Below, in pieces: positions 24,699 through 37,300 of a stretch of DNA of 64,000 bases. The stretch's first letter is position 1; every line of letters begins with the position of its first letter. The notes beneath the pieces are model-generated. The model was not told the origin of the DNA and did no database searches. It saw only the letters and a list, made by a program, of their open reading frames with translations. Position numbers and translations under genes: made by a program. The stretch is from Heterodontus francisci. Its lineage: Eukaryota. The stretch spans positions 5,146,001 to 5,210,000 of the forward strand of contig NW_027140221.1 of NCBI RefSeq assembly GCF_036365525.1, in the 5' to 3' direction.

Positions 24699-27375
24699 GT
24701 GTAACCAACAGTTAAACTTGCCTGCAGATTTTCCTGCACGCCCAACAATTGTCACATCCCTCCAGTTAACAGACCACTGTGGAATATATGATACCCGAGT
24801 AGCTACGCAAAGCAATTAACCTTTGGATGTGATAGCGCTTTCCTGAGCATCATAATCAGTTACATTACCATCCAACTCTTGATCTACCTGGGCTTCACGA
24901 CCTTCATCACAAAACATATGAGTATTCGAAGTACAAGGTGTCTCTTTTCCCTCTATCAGCAGCTCAGATTCTGAGATTTTGTGGTCCGCCCTAATTAATC
25001 ATGGAGAATGAAACTTAACAGTTTGATTTTCATTCTTCATAACTTCTGTTGAACCATCCCAACGGATTATCGTGCAAGGGCCGTTCAGTTCCCCAGGACT
25101 CTCTCTTTTATAATGGATCAAATTTGCTGAACTAAATCACGCCTCAGATGGCCTTATATGATGCATCAGAGCTCTACAATTTTCTCAGAGACCTCAACCT
25201 TGATGAAAGCCTGTCTGCCTGCATGTAAGGCATTCAAATGTGTCGAAATGATAGAAGTAATTGTAGTACCTTCCAGAGCAGGAGAGCTGTCGCAGAGTAC
25301 AGAAGGCAATTTAGGATTCCGTCCAAAGACCAATTGATAGGTACTATATCCTCCAACCATCTGAACTGAATTCTTCGCCTGAACTGTCCATGCCAGGGCA
25401 GTTGTCAACTTGCAGTTTGGCTGGTCAGCCAAGAATTAATACAACATTTCATCAACCACTGCGTGATTCCTTTTACAAGCCCATTGCTGAAAGGACTTTC
25501 AGCTGCAGTATTCATTACCGGAATGTTCTTGTTTTCACACATACCCCTGAACTAGTCATTGGCAAATTCCCCTCAATTATCAGTCAGAAACCTAGTTGGA
25601 GCCCCAAGCCCAGTCCCTTTCCATTTCTCCATAATGCGTTCGATAATAACCCTTTTGTCTTTGCTATTTATTATTGTAGAAAGACAAAATCTAGTTGTTA
25701 TGTCAATAAAATGTAGAACTACAATGTACTTGACTTTTTCCATACATTTAAATCCTTGGCAACTACCTCGTTGAAGTCACGTGCCAATTGATGGCTGACA
25801 ATAGGAAGTGACAATGCACTCTGATACTTTTTACAAATCTCACATTTTTCACTAATCTGTTCTAGTATCCTTGTTTACTCTCCATCAATCACACCTGCAG
25901 CTTTTAGTCGGGCTTTGAATTCCTGAGAAGAAGGCGAAGCAAATGGCCTGTGCAATTTTAAGACAATTTGCTTTTTATCTCTCTGATTCATAACACCTGA
26001 TGACATCACCCCTTCCCCAACACTCTGACTGGAAATATCAGGTTATGTTAAGGTGATACAATAATGCCCTGGCTTGGTAAATTGCAAATTCACTGGCTTC
26101 CCAGAAACAATTGCCTTATCATGCTTCATATCAAGTTTCATCTGCACCATTTTCATTGAAGGCATCCGCGAGAGTAAAGATATCTTACTGGAGACTACAT
26201 CAGAGACTACTAAAGTGGCTTGCTGCAGCTACTTTTCATAGGTTAATACTCTCTTCAGCGACTTCAATGTGCTGTCATCACCAAACCTAAAGATGGCAGT
26301 ACTTTTATACTCCATTAGCTTGCATCGGCCCTTACCACTGAGTGAATTCAGATAACACTGTAACCAACCAGTTCCACATACTGTCGACATACAAGCACTA
26401 ACCACTACCGCAGAGTTGAACGAATCCGCAACCAACCTATTCATCACAGGGCTAAAACCCCCTGTAACTAGTAAAATTCCTTCAGATCCAGTCGTATCTA
26501 CCTCTTCTGCCTCAGCATTCTCTGCGTTCTGTGCTATTTTGAAGTCTCTGCCCCCTCCCTCAGGGCAGTTCATTGCATAATGATACTCTGAGTCACATCT
26601 GAAGCACCTATGAACTGTTCGTTGGGCATTCTTGGGATTCATTCACCTTTGTTTTGCTATTCCACCCCTGTTTCTCACTGTAATATGCAAACCTGATAAA
26701 AGTGATTTCATGCTCATTCCTCCTGTCTTTCACTCTTCCATTATACTTAGGCCTGCTTCCAACACCTAGATTATTTCTAAACATTGTACACATCTATCCC
26801 TCCATTATCTGTCTCACCACAGAGTGCCCTGCTTGTTCTACCAGGGATATAGAAAATGATTATTGCCCCAGAACATTTTTCAAGGTCATGGACATTTGGT
26901 CCGAAGAGGAGTTTATTTTCCCAAGAACCCAACCCCAGTTAGAACCAGGAGCCTATCTATATGCGACACCCTAGCAAATGTAGCAATGTAAAAGTGATCT
27001 CCAAATTGAATTTCCTCAATCTTTGATGAAGTCTGTTAAAGTTCTTGATATATTCCTCCAATGAGCAACCATTGTTTCCAAAATAGATTAAAGTCTGCCC
27101 ATGCCTCATACGCTTTCAAAAGGTCATCTTTATGCAAATTGCATCCAAAAATCCTAACTAAAGATCAACCACTTCTTCAGTAACCAGCTGCCGAGCATCC
27201 AGTTCAGAAAACACTTTACCTCCACTGGCCATATGGGTTCAGACACCGAAAACACAAGGGACATTCATACCCTGACAATTTGCACTTGCATTCTACCACA
27301 TTTGTCACAATAACCCTTGGGTATTTTAGTTTCCTATCCAAAAACGATCCTATTTTCCAACCTGCAGCTTTCGGC

Positions 27376-27393
27376 AACCATCCTCTGTTACCA
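27376..27393 (-). promoter_or_regulatory. Copia primer-binding site for tRNA-iMet
   Basis: AACCATCCTCTGTTACCA matches the vertebrate initiator tRNA 3' end AACCATCCTCTGCTACCA at 17 of 18 positions and abuts the LTR. Confidence 0.88.
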
Positions 27394-27618
27394 TGCTGAA
27401 CCACATATAGCTTGTTACAGGGCTGGAACCAATATTTACTCAGTGTCACATTTATTGTACAGAATAAAAGGATTCCACGCAGGCAGCTCCTCATACAAAC
27501 CCCTCCCTCAATTCCACTGAGTATCTGCCTTTATGTGCTCAACTAAAATCCCAAATCAACTCCCTTCACCTGCATATATATATATAGGCAGAGTGCATGA
27601 TACAAATCCAATGTAACA
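27394..27618 (-). repeat. Copia 5' LTR
   Basis: Direct repeat of 21915-22132, bounded by TG (27394) and AACA (~27618). Confidence 0.8.
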
Positions 27619-27671
27619 AGACATAGCCAGAGAAGTAGAATAGGCAGGAGACTGTAAATGAGGATTCATTC

Positions 27672-28701
27672 TCTTATGGAAGTGCTTCAACTTTTTAAAT
27701 AATTGCATATTTTATGAGGACTTGTGTTACAACCGAAAAGATTCCATGCATTTTTTTTTACCAAGTTCACAGAGCGGACACTTGAGATGTTATTTGAAGA
27801 CCACCTGTGCTGGAAAACATCTGTGATTCGGCCTCAGTAAACAACATAACCCTTGGAGACATGGGAAAATTAGTTATAGCTAATACACGTCAAGGTTTAT
27901 GGAGGTCAGGAGGTCGAATCACTGTTTGGGTTTGGACATGGTTTTCAATTTAATTGGTGTGTGAACTGTTTGAATACAGATGAAGCTTTTCTGCCAATGG
28001 GAAAAAAACTACCCAGATCACCACCTTCTCTAACTCTTAGAAGTGATCCTGCAAAAATCCAGCGTTGCAGAGCTAAAATCCATGATAGCGCATAGCTCCT
28101 GAGAAGCTGAGAAAATCCTGCGATTCAACTGTGTGCTGGTGGAAAAATAAAACGTTGATGCCCCATTTCTCCTGGGAAACCTACTGGAATAATGTTCAAC
28201 GTCTCCAGAACGGACTGTTTTTGAAACGATCCCGATGACCTGTCTCCATATACATGCACACCTGATCAAAAAAAAGGCAATTGAATTCATTCCATATCGT
28301 CCTTCTTTTTTTCGTCAAGAATTAGCAACTATTCGGCCAAAGTACTCTGCTTTTTGTCTTTTTTTTGTAACAGACCTCTGCAGAGTGCATTTCTGTATGT
28401 TTTTCTAGTGTGTGTGGTATACGTGTATACGTGTAATTGCAGAAGTTAACAATGGAACTTTCGTATTTCAGTCGGTGTGTTAACGCTTTGCTTCATTACT
28501 GGTTAAGTCTTACTTTATAATAAACTGACCTTTTAGTTGTTTACTAAATAAACCTGGATGGTGCATTTTGTTCTGGGATTTAAACAAAATAGAGTATATG
28601 CTGACTGTATCAATAACTGGGTAAATATTTAAATGTCGTTGTGACCTGTAGTAAAGTAGAACTAGAAAAGACAGTGCATTCCTCCCGTCTCGGTCGTAAC
28701 A
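27672..28701 (+). repeat. ~1-kb 5' LTR of a Gypsy/ERV-like element
   Basis: Colinear direct repeat of 30577-31597. Ends GGTCGTAACA and is followed by a PBS. Confidence 0.85.
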
Positions 28702-28707
28702 ACGAAT

Positions 28708-28725
28708 TGGGGGCTCCTCATCCGG
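28708..28725 (+). promoter_or_regulatory. Degenerate tRNA-Pro primer-binding site
   Basis: TGGGGGCTCCTCATCCGG resembles the PBS-Pro consensus TGGGGGCTCGTCCGGGAT, 6 nt after the LTR end. Confidence 0.7.
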
Positions 28726-28919
28726 TATAGCCAAAGCCGATGATGCAATTGTAAGTGGGGTAAGACTAAATGAAAACAGGCACATATAAAAACAGGTTTA
28801 TTTTGCATTAGAGAAAGGTACCATACCCCGATATATTTGTCAGTTATTGTGACCTTTTATGGGAAGGATGATGTATCCCTAAGTGATTTGAGATACTTAA
28901 CCAAGGTAAGACTAAAGGA

Positions 28920-30530
28920 TCCCAGCCGCCTTCTCTTCATTATGGACATCCCATCTCTCCACACCTCCTTCCCCCCACGAGGCCGGTTACAGGGCTCTCC
29001 ACTTCTTGCTTGAACAGAGGCCCAACAAGCCCATCCACCACCACCATTCTCTGCCTAGCTCAACTTGTCTTCACAATTAACAACCTCTTCCTTTCCACTC
29101 ACTTCCTTCAAGTAAAAGGTATTGCAATGGGTACCCGAATGGGTCCTAGTTATGCCTGTCTTTTTGTGGGATATGTAGAATATTCCTTGTTCCAGCACGA
29201 CTCAGGCCCCCTTCCCAGCTCTATTTTTTCTGGTACATTGATGACTGTGTTGGTGCCGTTTCGCGCTCCCACTCTGAACTGGAACACTTTATCAACTTTG
29301 CTTCCAATTTCCACCCTTCTCTTACCATTGCATGGTCTATTTCCGACACTTCCCCTCCCATCCTCGACGTCTCTGTCTCCATCTCTAAGGATAGGCTGTC
29401 TTCTAATAGTCAGTATACGCCCACCCACTCCCACAGCTATCTCGACTACACTTCTTCACACCCTGCCTCCTGTAAGGAATCCATTCCATTCTCCCAGTTT
29501 CTTCATCTCCGACGCATCTGCTCTGATGATGCAACCTTCCACGATAGCCCTTCTGATATGTCTTCCTTTTTCTTCAACCGATGATTCCTCCCCACTGTGG
29601 TGGACAGGACCCTCAACCATGTCCGGCCTGCTTCCCGCACCTCTACCCTCATCCCTTCCCCTCCCTCCCAGAACTGCGACACGGCACCCCTTGATTCTCA
29701 CTTTCCATCCCACCTGACTCCACATCCAACTGATCATCCTCCACCATTTCTGCCACATCCAGCGTGATGCCACTACCAAACGCATCTTCCCCTCCCCTCC
29801 CCGGTCGGCATTCCGAAGGGATAATTCTCTCCGCAACACCCTGGTCCACTCTTGCATTATCCCCAACACCTCGTCCCTTTTCTACGGCACCTTCCCATGC
29901 AATCACAGAAGATGTAATACCTGCCCTTTTATGTCATCTCTCCTCACTATCCAAGGCGTTAATTACTCCTTTCAGGTGAAGCATCGATTTACTTCTACTT
30001 TTTTTTTTAATTGGTATACCACATTCACTGCTTACAATGTGTTCCCCTCTGCATTGGAGAGATCAAACGTAGAAACGGTGAGTGCTTCATGGAACCCTTC
30101 CGCTCAATCTAAAAATATGAATCCGAGCTTCCAGTTGCTTGCCCTTTCAACACACAACCACTGTTGCCATGTCCACATCTCTTTCCTGGGATTGCTGCAG
30201 TGTTCCATTGAACATCAGCGCAAGTTCGAGGAACGGCATCACTGATTAGGCATACTACAGCTTGCCAGACTGAACATTAATTCCAATAATTTCAGAGCAT
30301 GACGGGACACCTTTTAAAAAAATGTTTTCCCAGATTTTATTCCACTTTGTCTCCATTTTTTTTGCCATGTGCCTGCCCACTATGTTTTTTTTTCATGTTT
30401 GTGCTGTTTTTTTTCCTGTCAATGACACCGTCTCTGCACTAACGAGTTGTCTTTCAGCAAACCATTAACTTACTGTTTGCCTTTGATCCATGACCTTCTT
30501 GTTGGGTTATTCTCTGTAACCCTGTTATCT
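28920..30530 (+). mobile_element. Penelope-like element fragment (RT plus GIY-YIG endonuclease remnant)
   Basis: FIMDIPSLHTSFPH, QVKGIAMGTRMGPSYACLFVGYVE and TACATTGATGAC (YIDD). LVYHIHCLQC..CIGE near 30010-30060 is GIY-YIG-like. Confidence 0.9.
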
Positions 30531-30576
30531 CTTGTTTTCTCTTTAAAATGCCGTCTCATTCCTCCAAGGATGGAGG

Positions 30577-31597
30577 TGTTATGAAAGCACTTCCTTTTTT
30601 AATGCATTTTTTGAGGACTTATGTTAAAACTGAAAAGTTTCCATCGATTTTTTTTAACCAAGTTCACCGAAAGGAGACTTGAGATGTTGTTTGAAAACAA
30701 CCTGTGCTGGAAATCACCTTTGATTTGGCCACAGTAAACAACAGAACCCTTGGTGACTTGGGGAAAAATGGTTAAGAGAAGCAGCATGCCAAGGTTTATG
30801 GGGGTCAAGATGTCGACTCTGTTTGGGGTTCGGAAATTGTTTTCAGTTTATTTGGTGCGTGAACTGTTTGAAGACAGTTGATGTTTTCCTGTCAAAGAAA
30901 AAAAAAACCACAAACCTCACCCCCACCTCAACATCTTTGAAGAAAGTTTGCGAAAATCGCGTCGGGGAGAGCTAAAATCCATGGTGCTGCATATCTCCTG
31001 ACAATCTGAGAAAAATACTACGAATCAACTGTGTGAAACCTTGATCCCAAATTTCTCCTGGAAAGCCTACTGGAATAATTCTCGACCCCTTCAGAAAGCA
31101 CTGGTTTTGAAACGATCTCAAAGACCAGACTCCATGTATCTGTACGCCAGACCGAAAAAAAAATACAACTGTCTTAATTCGATATTTTCTTTCTTTCTTT
31201 CATCAAGTATTAAAAAGTATTTGGCCAAAGTTGTTGTTTTTCTTTGTCATTTTTCTTTTGTAGCAGACCTCTGCAGGGTCAATTTCTGTAATGTTTTTTC
31301 TCGTGTGCGTGTGTGTTTGTTTGGGTGTGTGTGTAATTGGAGAATTTAAAAATGGAACTTTCAGATTTCAATCGGTCTGTTAATGCTTTGCTTCATTACT
31401 GGTTCAGACTGTTTTAATAATAAACGAATAATTTTGTTATTTATTAAAGAAACCCGGTTGTATTTTGTTATATGTTAAAAACATGGAGGAGATGATTGGC
31501 TGAATTGGTAGCTAGGTAAACATTGAAAAAGCTGCTGTGACCTGTGGAGTAGTGGTCATGGAAAATTCAGTGCACTCCTCCCGCCTTGGTAATGACA
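30577..31597 (+). repeat. ~1-kb 3' LTR, preceded by purine tract AAGGATGGAGG
   Basis: Begins TGTTATG, ends AATGACA, and is a direct repeat of 27672-28701. Confidence 0.85.
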
Positions 31598-31619
31598 TCT
31601 ACTGATTTTAACACATTAA

Positions 31620-31960
31620 TTAGGCTGATAGTTCAGTGTGGAGAAGGGAGTGTTCAGCTATTAAATACACTGCCCTTCAGATAAGATGTTAAACTGATGC
31701 ATTAGCTGCCATCTCAGATACATGCCACAGCACTACTTGTAGACGTGCTAGAAAATTATACTCATTTTATATTATCGAACCAAGATCATCAGAACAAATT
31801 ATCTTGTTATTTAACTCTTACATTTTGTAGAGCCATGTTGTGTGCTAATTCGTCATTGTGTTACTAACATTACATCATTGATTCCACCTCAATCAATTGA
31901 ATATGAGTTGCATTGAGAGGATCTGAGGGTGCGATGTGCAAGATATTTCTTTTTTGTTTC
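31620..31960 (+). mobile_element. Decayed DeuSINE-like SINE
   Basis: CTGCCCTTCAGATAAGATGTTAAACTGA...ATGCCACAGCACTA resembles the Deu-domain core (CGTCTTTCGGATGAGACGTTAAACCGA...CCCATGGCACTA). Confidence 0.55.
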
Positions 31961-32332
31961 TTAGAATCTGCTAAGGAATTATCATGTTCGTTTTAATCTT
32001 CACTATCTGGGCGTTAAATATGGTTTAAACCGATCACTGAGAATGGCACTGCATGGAAGGCATCCCACGACCCTGAAAGAACTAACCCAATTATCCTCTC
32101 TGAGCTCAGTACCAATAAGTCTAAACGACCAGGAAACAGAGATATAAATCTGCTGTATATATATATATACACTCAAAAAATCCAATGGTGAAGAAGAGAC
32201 GAGAAAAACGTAGAAGATCTTATCTCAAACGTGAAAATTGTTGGTATAAATGCACATCCTTTTTCACACCATAATAATGGGTTTCAATCAGGAATCAACT
32301 AATTTGTAAAAATCTTTGGATCTGGCTTTCAG

Positions 32333-32609
32333 ATAAATATTTGACTGGAACTAGCCTCTGGGGCCAGTGTAAAACTAATTAAGCTATTTGGCAGTTCTCA
32401 GCTATTACCACAGCAATGTCCACTTAATAACAACATTTTTTGACTCGTGCAGGGCAGCAGCTGATATTGAAAACGAGACAAGAGAATGCCGCCCTTTCCT
32501 CATAACCTTGAAAATTGCTTCCCTTCGGTGCTTACATAATTATCTTTGTGCCTCCAGTACAATCTCTCACAGTGTATTCCAGAACCAAACAGCTTGATGC
32601 GCATAAAAC
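32333..32609 (+). pseudogene. Decayed TCR V(beta)-like gene segment with RSS
   Basis: GASVKL (32360-32377), then in another frame FDS..AAADIENET..RP....LKIASL....YLCASS (32541-32558), then perfect heptamer CACAGTG (32568-32574) and nonamer-like GCATAAAAC (32601-32609; 26-nt spacer). The first Cys and the Trp are lost. Confidence 0.55.
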
Positions 32610-32778
32610 ACACTCATGTCGGCAATTGTTCATTTGTTTTCAACCTGCATCGGCACTGTGTTATTCTGGACCGATGGGAACATTTTCTCCCTATCCAGTT
32701 CTGACCAGACGCCTCATACTTTTTCACATCTCCATCAAAAAAAGTCACACATTGCTTCTGTAATGACAAAAGCCCCCA

Positions 32779-34062
32779 GGTTTTGTGAAGGGGAGGTCGT
32801 GTCTCACTAATTTGATTGAGTTTTTTGAGGAAGTGACGAAGATGATTGATGAGGGAAGGGCGGTGGATGTTATCTATATGGACTTTAGTAAAGCCTTTGA
32901 CAAGGTCCGGCAGGGCAGACTGGTGCAAAAGGTGAAGTCATACGGGATCAGAGGTGAGCTTGCAAGATGGATACAGAACTGGCTCAGTCACAGAAGACAG
33001 AGGGTAACAAAGGATGGATGTTTTTCTGAATGGAGGGATGTGACTAGTGGAGTTCCGCAGGGACCAAGGTTGGGCCCTTTGCTGTTTGCAGTATATATAA
33101 ATGATTTGTAGGAAAATGTACCTGGTCTGATTCGTAAGTTTTCGGACGACACAAAGGTTTGTGGTGTTGCGGATAATGATGAGGATTGTCAGAGGATACA
33201 GCAGGATATAGATCGGTTGGAGACTTGGGTGAAGAAATGGCAGATGGAGTTTAATCCGGACAAATGTGAGGTAATGCATTTGGAAGGACTATTGCAGGTG
33301 GGAGGTATACAGTAAATGGCAGAACCCTTAGGATTATTGACAGGCAGAGAGATCTGGGCATACAGGTCCACAGGTCACTGAAAGTGGCAACGCAGGTGGA
33401 TAAGGTAGTCAAGAAGGCATACGGCATGCTTGCCTTCATCAGTCGGGGCATAGAGTATAAAAATTGGCAAGTCATGTTGAAGCTGTACAGAACCTTAGTT
33501 CGGCCACAGTTAGAATATTGCGTGCAATTCTGGTGGCCACACTACCAAAAGGACGTGGAGGCTTTGGAGAGGGTACAGAGGAGGTTTACCAGAATTTTGC
33601 CTGGTCTGGAGGGCATTAGCTATGAGGAGAGGTTGGAAAAACTCGGATTGTTTTCACTGGAACGACGGAGGTGAAGGGGCGACATGATAGAGGTTTACAA
33701 AGTTATCAGCAGCATGGGCAGAGTGGATAGTCAGAAACTTTCCCCAGTTTGGAAGAGTCGGTTACTCGGGGACATAGGTTTAAGGTGAGAGGTGCAAAGT
33801 TTAGAGGGGATGTGCGAGGCAAGTTCTTTACAGAGAGGGTGGTGGGTGCCTGGAACTTGTTGCCGGGTGAGGTGGTGGAAGCAGGTACCATAGAGACGTT
33901 TAAGGGGCATCTTGACAAATACATGAATAGGATGGGAATAGAGGGATACGGACCCCGCAAGTGCAGAAGGTTTTAGTTTAGGCAGGCATCGAGATCGGCG
34001 CAGACTTGGAGGGCCAAATGGCCTGTTCCTGTGCTGTACTGTTCTTCGTTCTTTGTTCTTTG
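32779..34062 (+). mobile_element. Relatively young CR1 (HER1-like), 5'-truncated
   Basis: [40 protein letters not shown], and a (GTTCTTT)n-type tail. Confidence 0.95.
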
Positions 34063-34319
34063 AAACTGAGTAATGTTGCATGGATCCGTTCTTATTTATG
34101 ATTCGGAGTCTTTAGAAATGCAACATATTTCAAGCTCTGCCCTAATCTCAGTAAGTAGTTTCAATGTAAGGAGACACACAACTAACTGATAAACATACAT
34201 ACCGTATTTTCATGCTACAGAAACCAAACCGATGGCAGTACATAACGATATGAGTAAAATATTAATAATGAAATAAATCGCACACGTTCTGATGCCATCA
34301 CGGTTAAAATAATTGTACC

Positions 34320-37300
34320 TTGTCCAGTGCATCAATATATTTTTCCTCCATAGTATGGAGACCAGAACTGTACACATTACGCTAGATGTTGCATAAGCAA
34401 GGTACTATATTAGTTTAACATCAGCATTTTTTATGTCCACTCCTCGTGAAATAAACTCCAGTGTTGTGCTTGCATTTTTATGCCCCGGATAACATGTGTT
34501 GCTACTTTAAATGGGTTTGGAAATCTTTCCCCTTGAACCAAATTGTGCCTCTACACCATTGAGACTCTTATTTTCTAAGGACATTTTGGGAAGCTTATTC
34601 TTCCCAGTAAATTGCAAAAAATTACTACGCCTCCCCTTATATCGCTACAGAAAGTAATTTGACATTTAAATGTGCATTCTGCAAGTTTATGAATTATAAT
34701 TACTAAAGGGTGCATGGACGTTCTTCCATTGTTCCTCTGCAATACCTATGCTCTCAATTTGGATTTGTCTGAAAAGAAATCAATTTGGGCTTCTGCATCC
34801 AGAGTCCATATCCTCTCTTTAAATTAGGAGCAACAGTATTCCCAGCGATGATCCTTGTGGAACACCACTTACCGACTTCCACCAACCTAAGTCAATACCT
34901 TCAAACCTTACTCCCTTTATTTCCTTTTTATAAGACAGTTGCTGTACATTCTGCATCTTTTTTTCCCCTGACTACACTTACTTAAGGGGGAGGGGGAGCA
35001 GCCAGAGGTCGTGGTGCATATTGCTACCATTGACATAGCTAGGAAAATGGATGAGGACCTGAAAAGCGAATATAGGGAGTTAGTTTGGAAGCTGAAAGGC
35101 AGGACGAGCAGAGTAGTATTCTCAGGATTGTTACCGGTGCCACGTGTTATTGAGGCGAGAAACAGGGAGCGAGTGCAGCTGAACACGTGGCTACTGAACT
35201 GGTGCAGGAGGGAGAGAGTCAGATATATAGATCATTGAGACACCTTCTGGGGAAGGTGGGACGTGTACAAGAAGGACGGGTTGCATCTGAACTGGAGGGG
35301 CACCAATATCCTGGGCGGGAGGTTTGATACAGCTCTTCAGAAGGGTTTAAACTAGTTTGGCAGGGGGATGGGAACCGGAGCTATGGATCAGTGGATGGGG
35401 TAGCTGTTGAACAGGCAGATACCGAGTGCAGAGAGTCTGCGAGGAAGGTTCGACAATTGACACGACAAAGTTGCAGCCAGTATGATGGGTTGAAGTGTGG
35501 CTATTTTAACGCAAGAAGTGTCAGGAATAAGGGTGATGAACGTGAAGCATGGATCAGTACTTGGACCGACGATGTTGTGGCCATTACAGAGATGTGGATA
35601 TCACAGGGGCAGGAATGGATGTTGGATGTTCAGTGGTTTAGATGTTTCAAAAGGAATAGGGAGGGAGGTAAAAGAGGTGGGGGAGTGGCATTGCTAATCG
35701 GGGATAGTATCACAGCTGCAGAAAGGGAGGTCGTCGAGGAGGGTTTGTCTACTGAGTCATTATGGGTGGAAGTCAGAAACAGGAAAGGAGAAGTCACTTT
35801 GTTGGGAGTTTTCTATAGACCCCACAATAGCAACAGACACACGGAGGAACAGATTGGGAGGCAGATTTTGGAAAGGTGCAGAAGTAACAGGGTTGTTGTC
35901 ATGGGTGATTTCAACTTCCCTAATATTGATTGGAACCTCCTTAGTGCAAATAGTTTGGATGGAGCAGTTATTATCAGGTGTGTCCAGGAAGGCTTCCTGA
36001 CTCACTTTGTAGAAAGGCCGACTAGAGGGGAGACGATGTTGGACTTGGTGCTTGGCAATGAACCAGGCCAGGTGGCAGATCTCTCGGTGGGAGAGCATTT
36101 CGGTGATAGTGATCACAACTCCCTGACCTTTACTATAGTCATGGAGAGGGACAGGAGCAGACGGGATGGGAAAATATTGAATTGCGGGAGGGGGGATTAC
36201 AATGCTATTAGGCAGGAACTGGGGAGCATAAATTGGGAACAGATGTTCTCAGGGAAATGCACGACAGAAATGTGGAGGTTGTTTAGGGAGCACTTGCTGC
36301 GACTGCTGGATAGGTTTGTCCCGATGAGGCAGGGAAGGGATGGTAGGGTGAAGGAACCTTGGATGACAAGAGATGTGGAACAGCTGGTCAAGAGGAAAAG
36401 GAAGCTTATTTAAGGTTGAGGAAGCAAGGATCAGACAGGGCTCTGGAGGGATACAAGGTAGCGAGGAAGGAACTGAAGAATGGACTTAGGAGAGCGAGAA
36501 GGGGACATGAAAAAGCCTTGGCGGGTAGGATTAAGGAAAATTCAAAGGCGTTCTACACTTATGTGAGGAACAAGAGGATGGCCAGAGTGAGGGTAGGGTC
36601 GATCAGGGATAGTGGAGGGAACTTGTGCCTGGAGTCGGAGGAGGTAGGGGAGGTCCTAAATGAATACTTTGCTTCAGGATTCACTAGTGAGAGGGACCTG
36701 GTCGTTTGTGAGGACAGCGTGGAACAGGCTGATATGCTCGAACAGGTTGAGGTTAAGAAGGAGGATGTGCTGGAAATTTTGAATGATATGAGGACAGATA
36801 ATTCCCCGGGGTCAGACGGGATATACCCAAGGATATTACGGGAAGCGAGGGAAGAGATTGCTGCGCCTTTGGCGATGATATTTGCGTCTTTACTGTCCAC
36901 TGGAGTAGTACCGGATGATTGGAGGGTGGAAAATGTTGTTCCCTTGTTCAAGAAAGGGAATAGGGATAACCCTGGGAATTATAGACCAGGCAGTCTTACG
37001 TCAGTAGTGGGCAAATAATTGGAGAGGATTCTGAGAGACAGGATGCATGATTATTTGGACAAGCATGGTTTGATTAGAGACAGTCAGCATGGCTTTGTAA
37101 GGGGTAGGTCATGCCTCACAAGCCTTATTGAATTCTTCGAAGATGTGACAAAACACATTGATGAAGGAAGAGCAGTGGATGTGGTGTATATGGATTTTAG
37201 CAAAGCGTTTGATAAGTTTCCCCATGGTAGGTTCATTCAGAAAGTAAGGAGGCATGGGCTTCAGGGAAAGTGGGCTGTCTGGATACAAAATTGGCTGGCC

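Larger units (their letters stand above)
21915..27618 (-). mobile_element. Full-length but dead Ty1/copia LTR retrotransposon (GalEa-like)
   Basis: Minus-strand order: gag zinc knuckle CFRCDSEYHYAMNC, protease-like AVVVSACMSTVCG, integrase TDN*GEFAN and YQLVFGRNP, RT SIDVNSAILQ..VYLKPPKEA..LWKLNKC and QVDDFLWGG, RNase H SDASHA and EKRIRIDL. INT-before-RT is the copia order. Direct-repeat LTRs, PBS and PPT are present. Confidence 0.92.
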
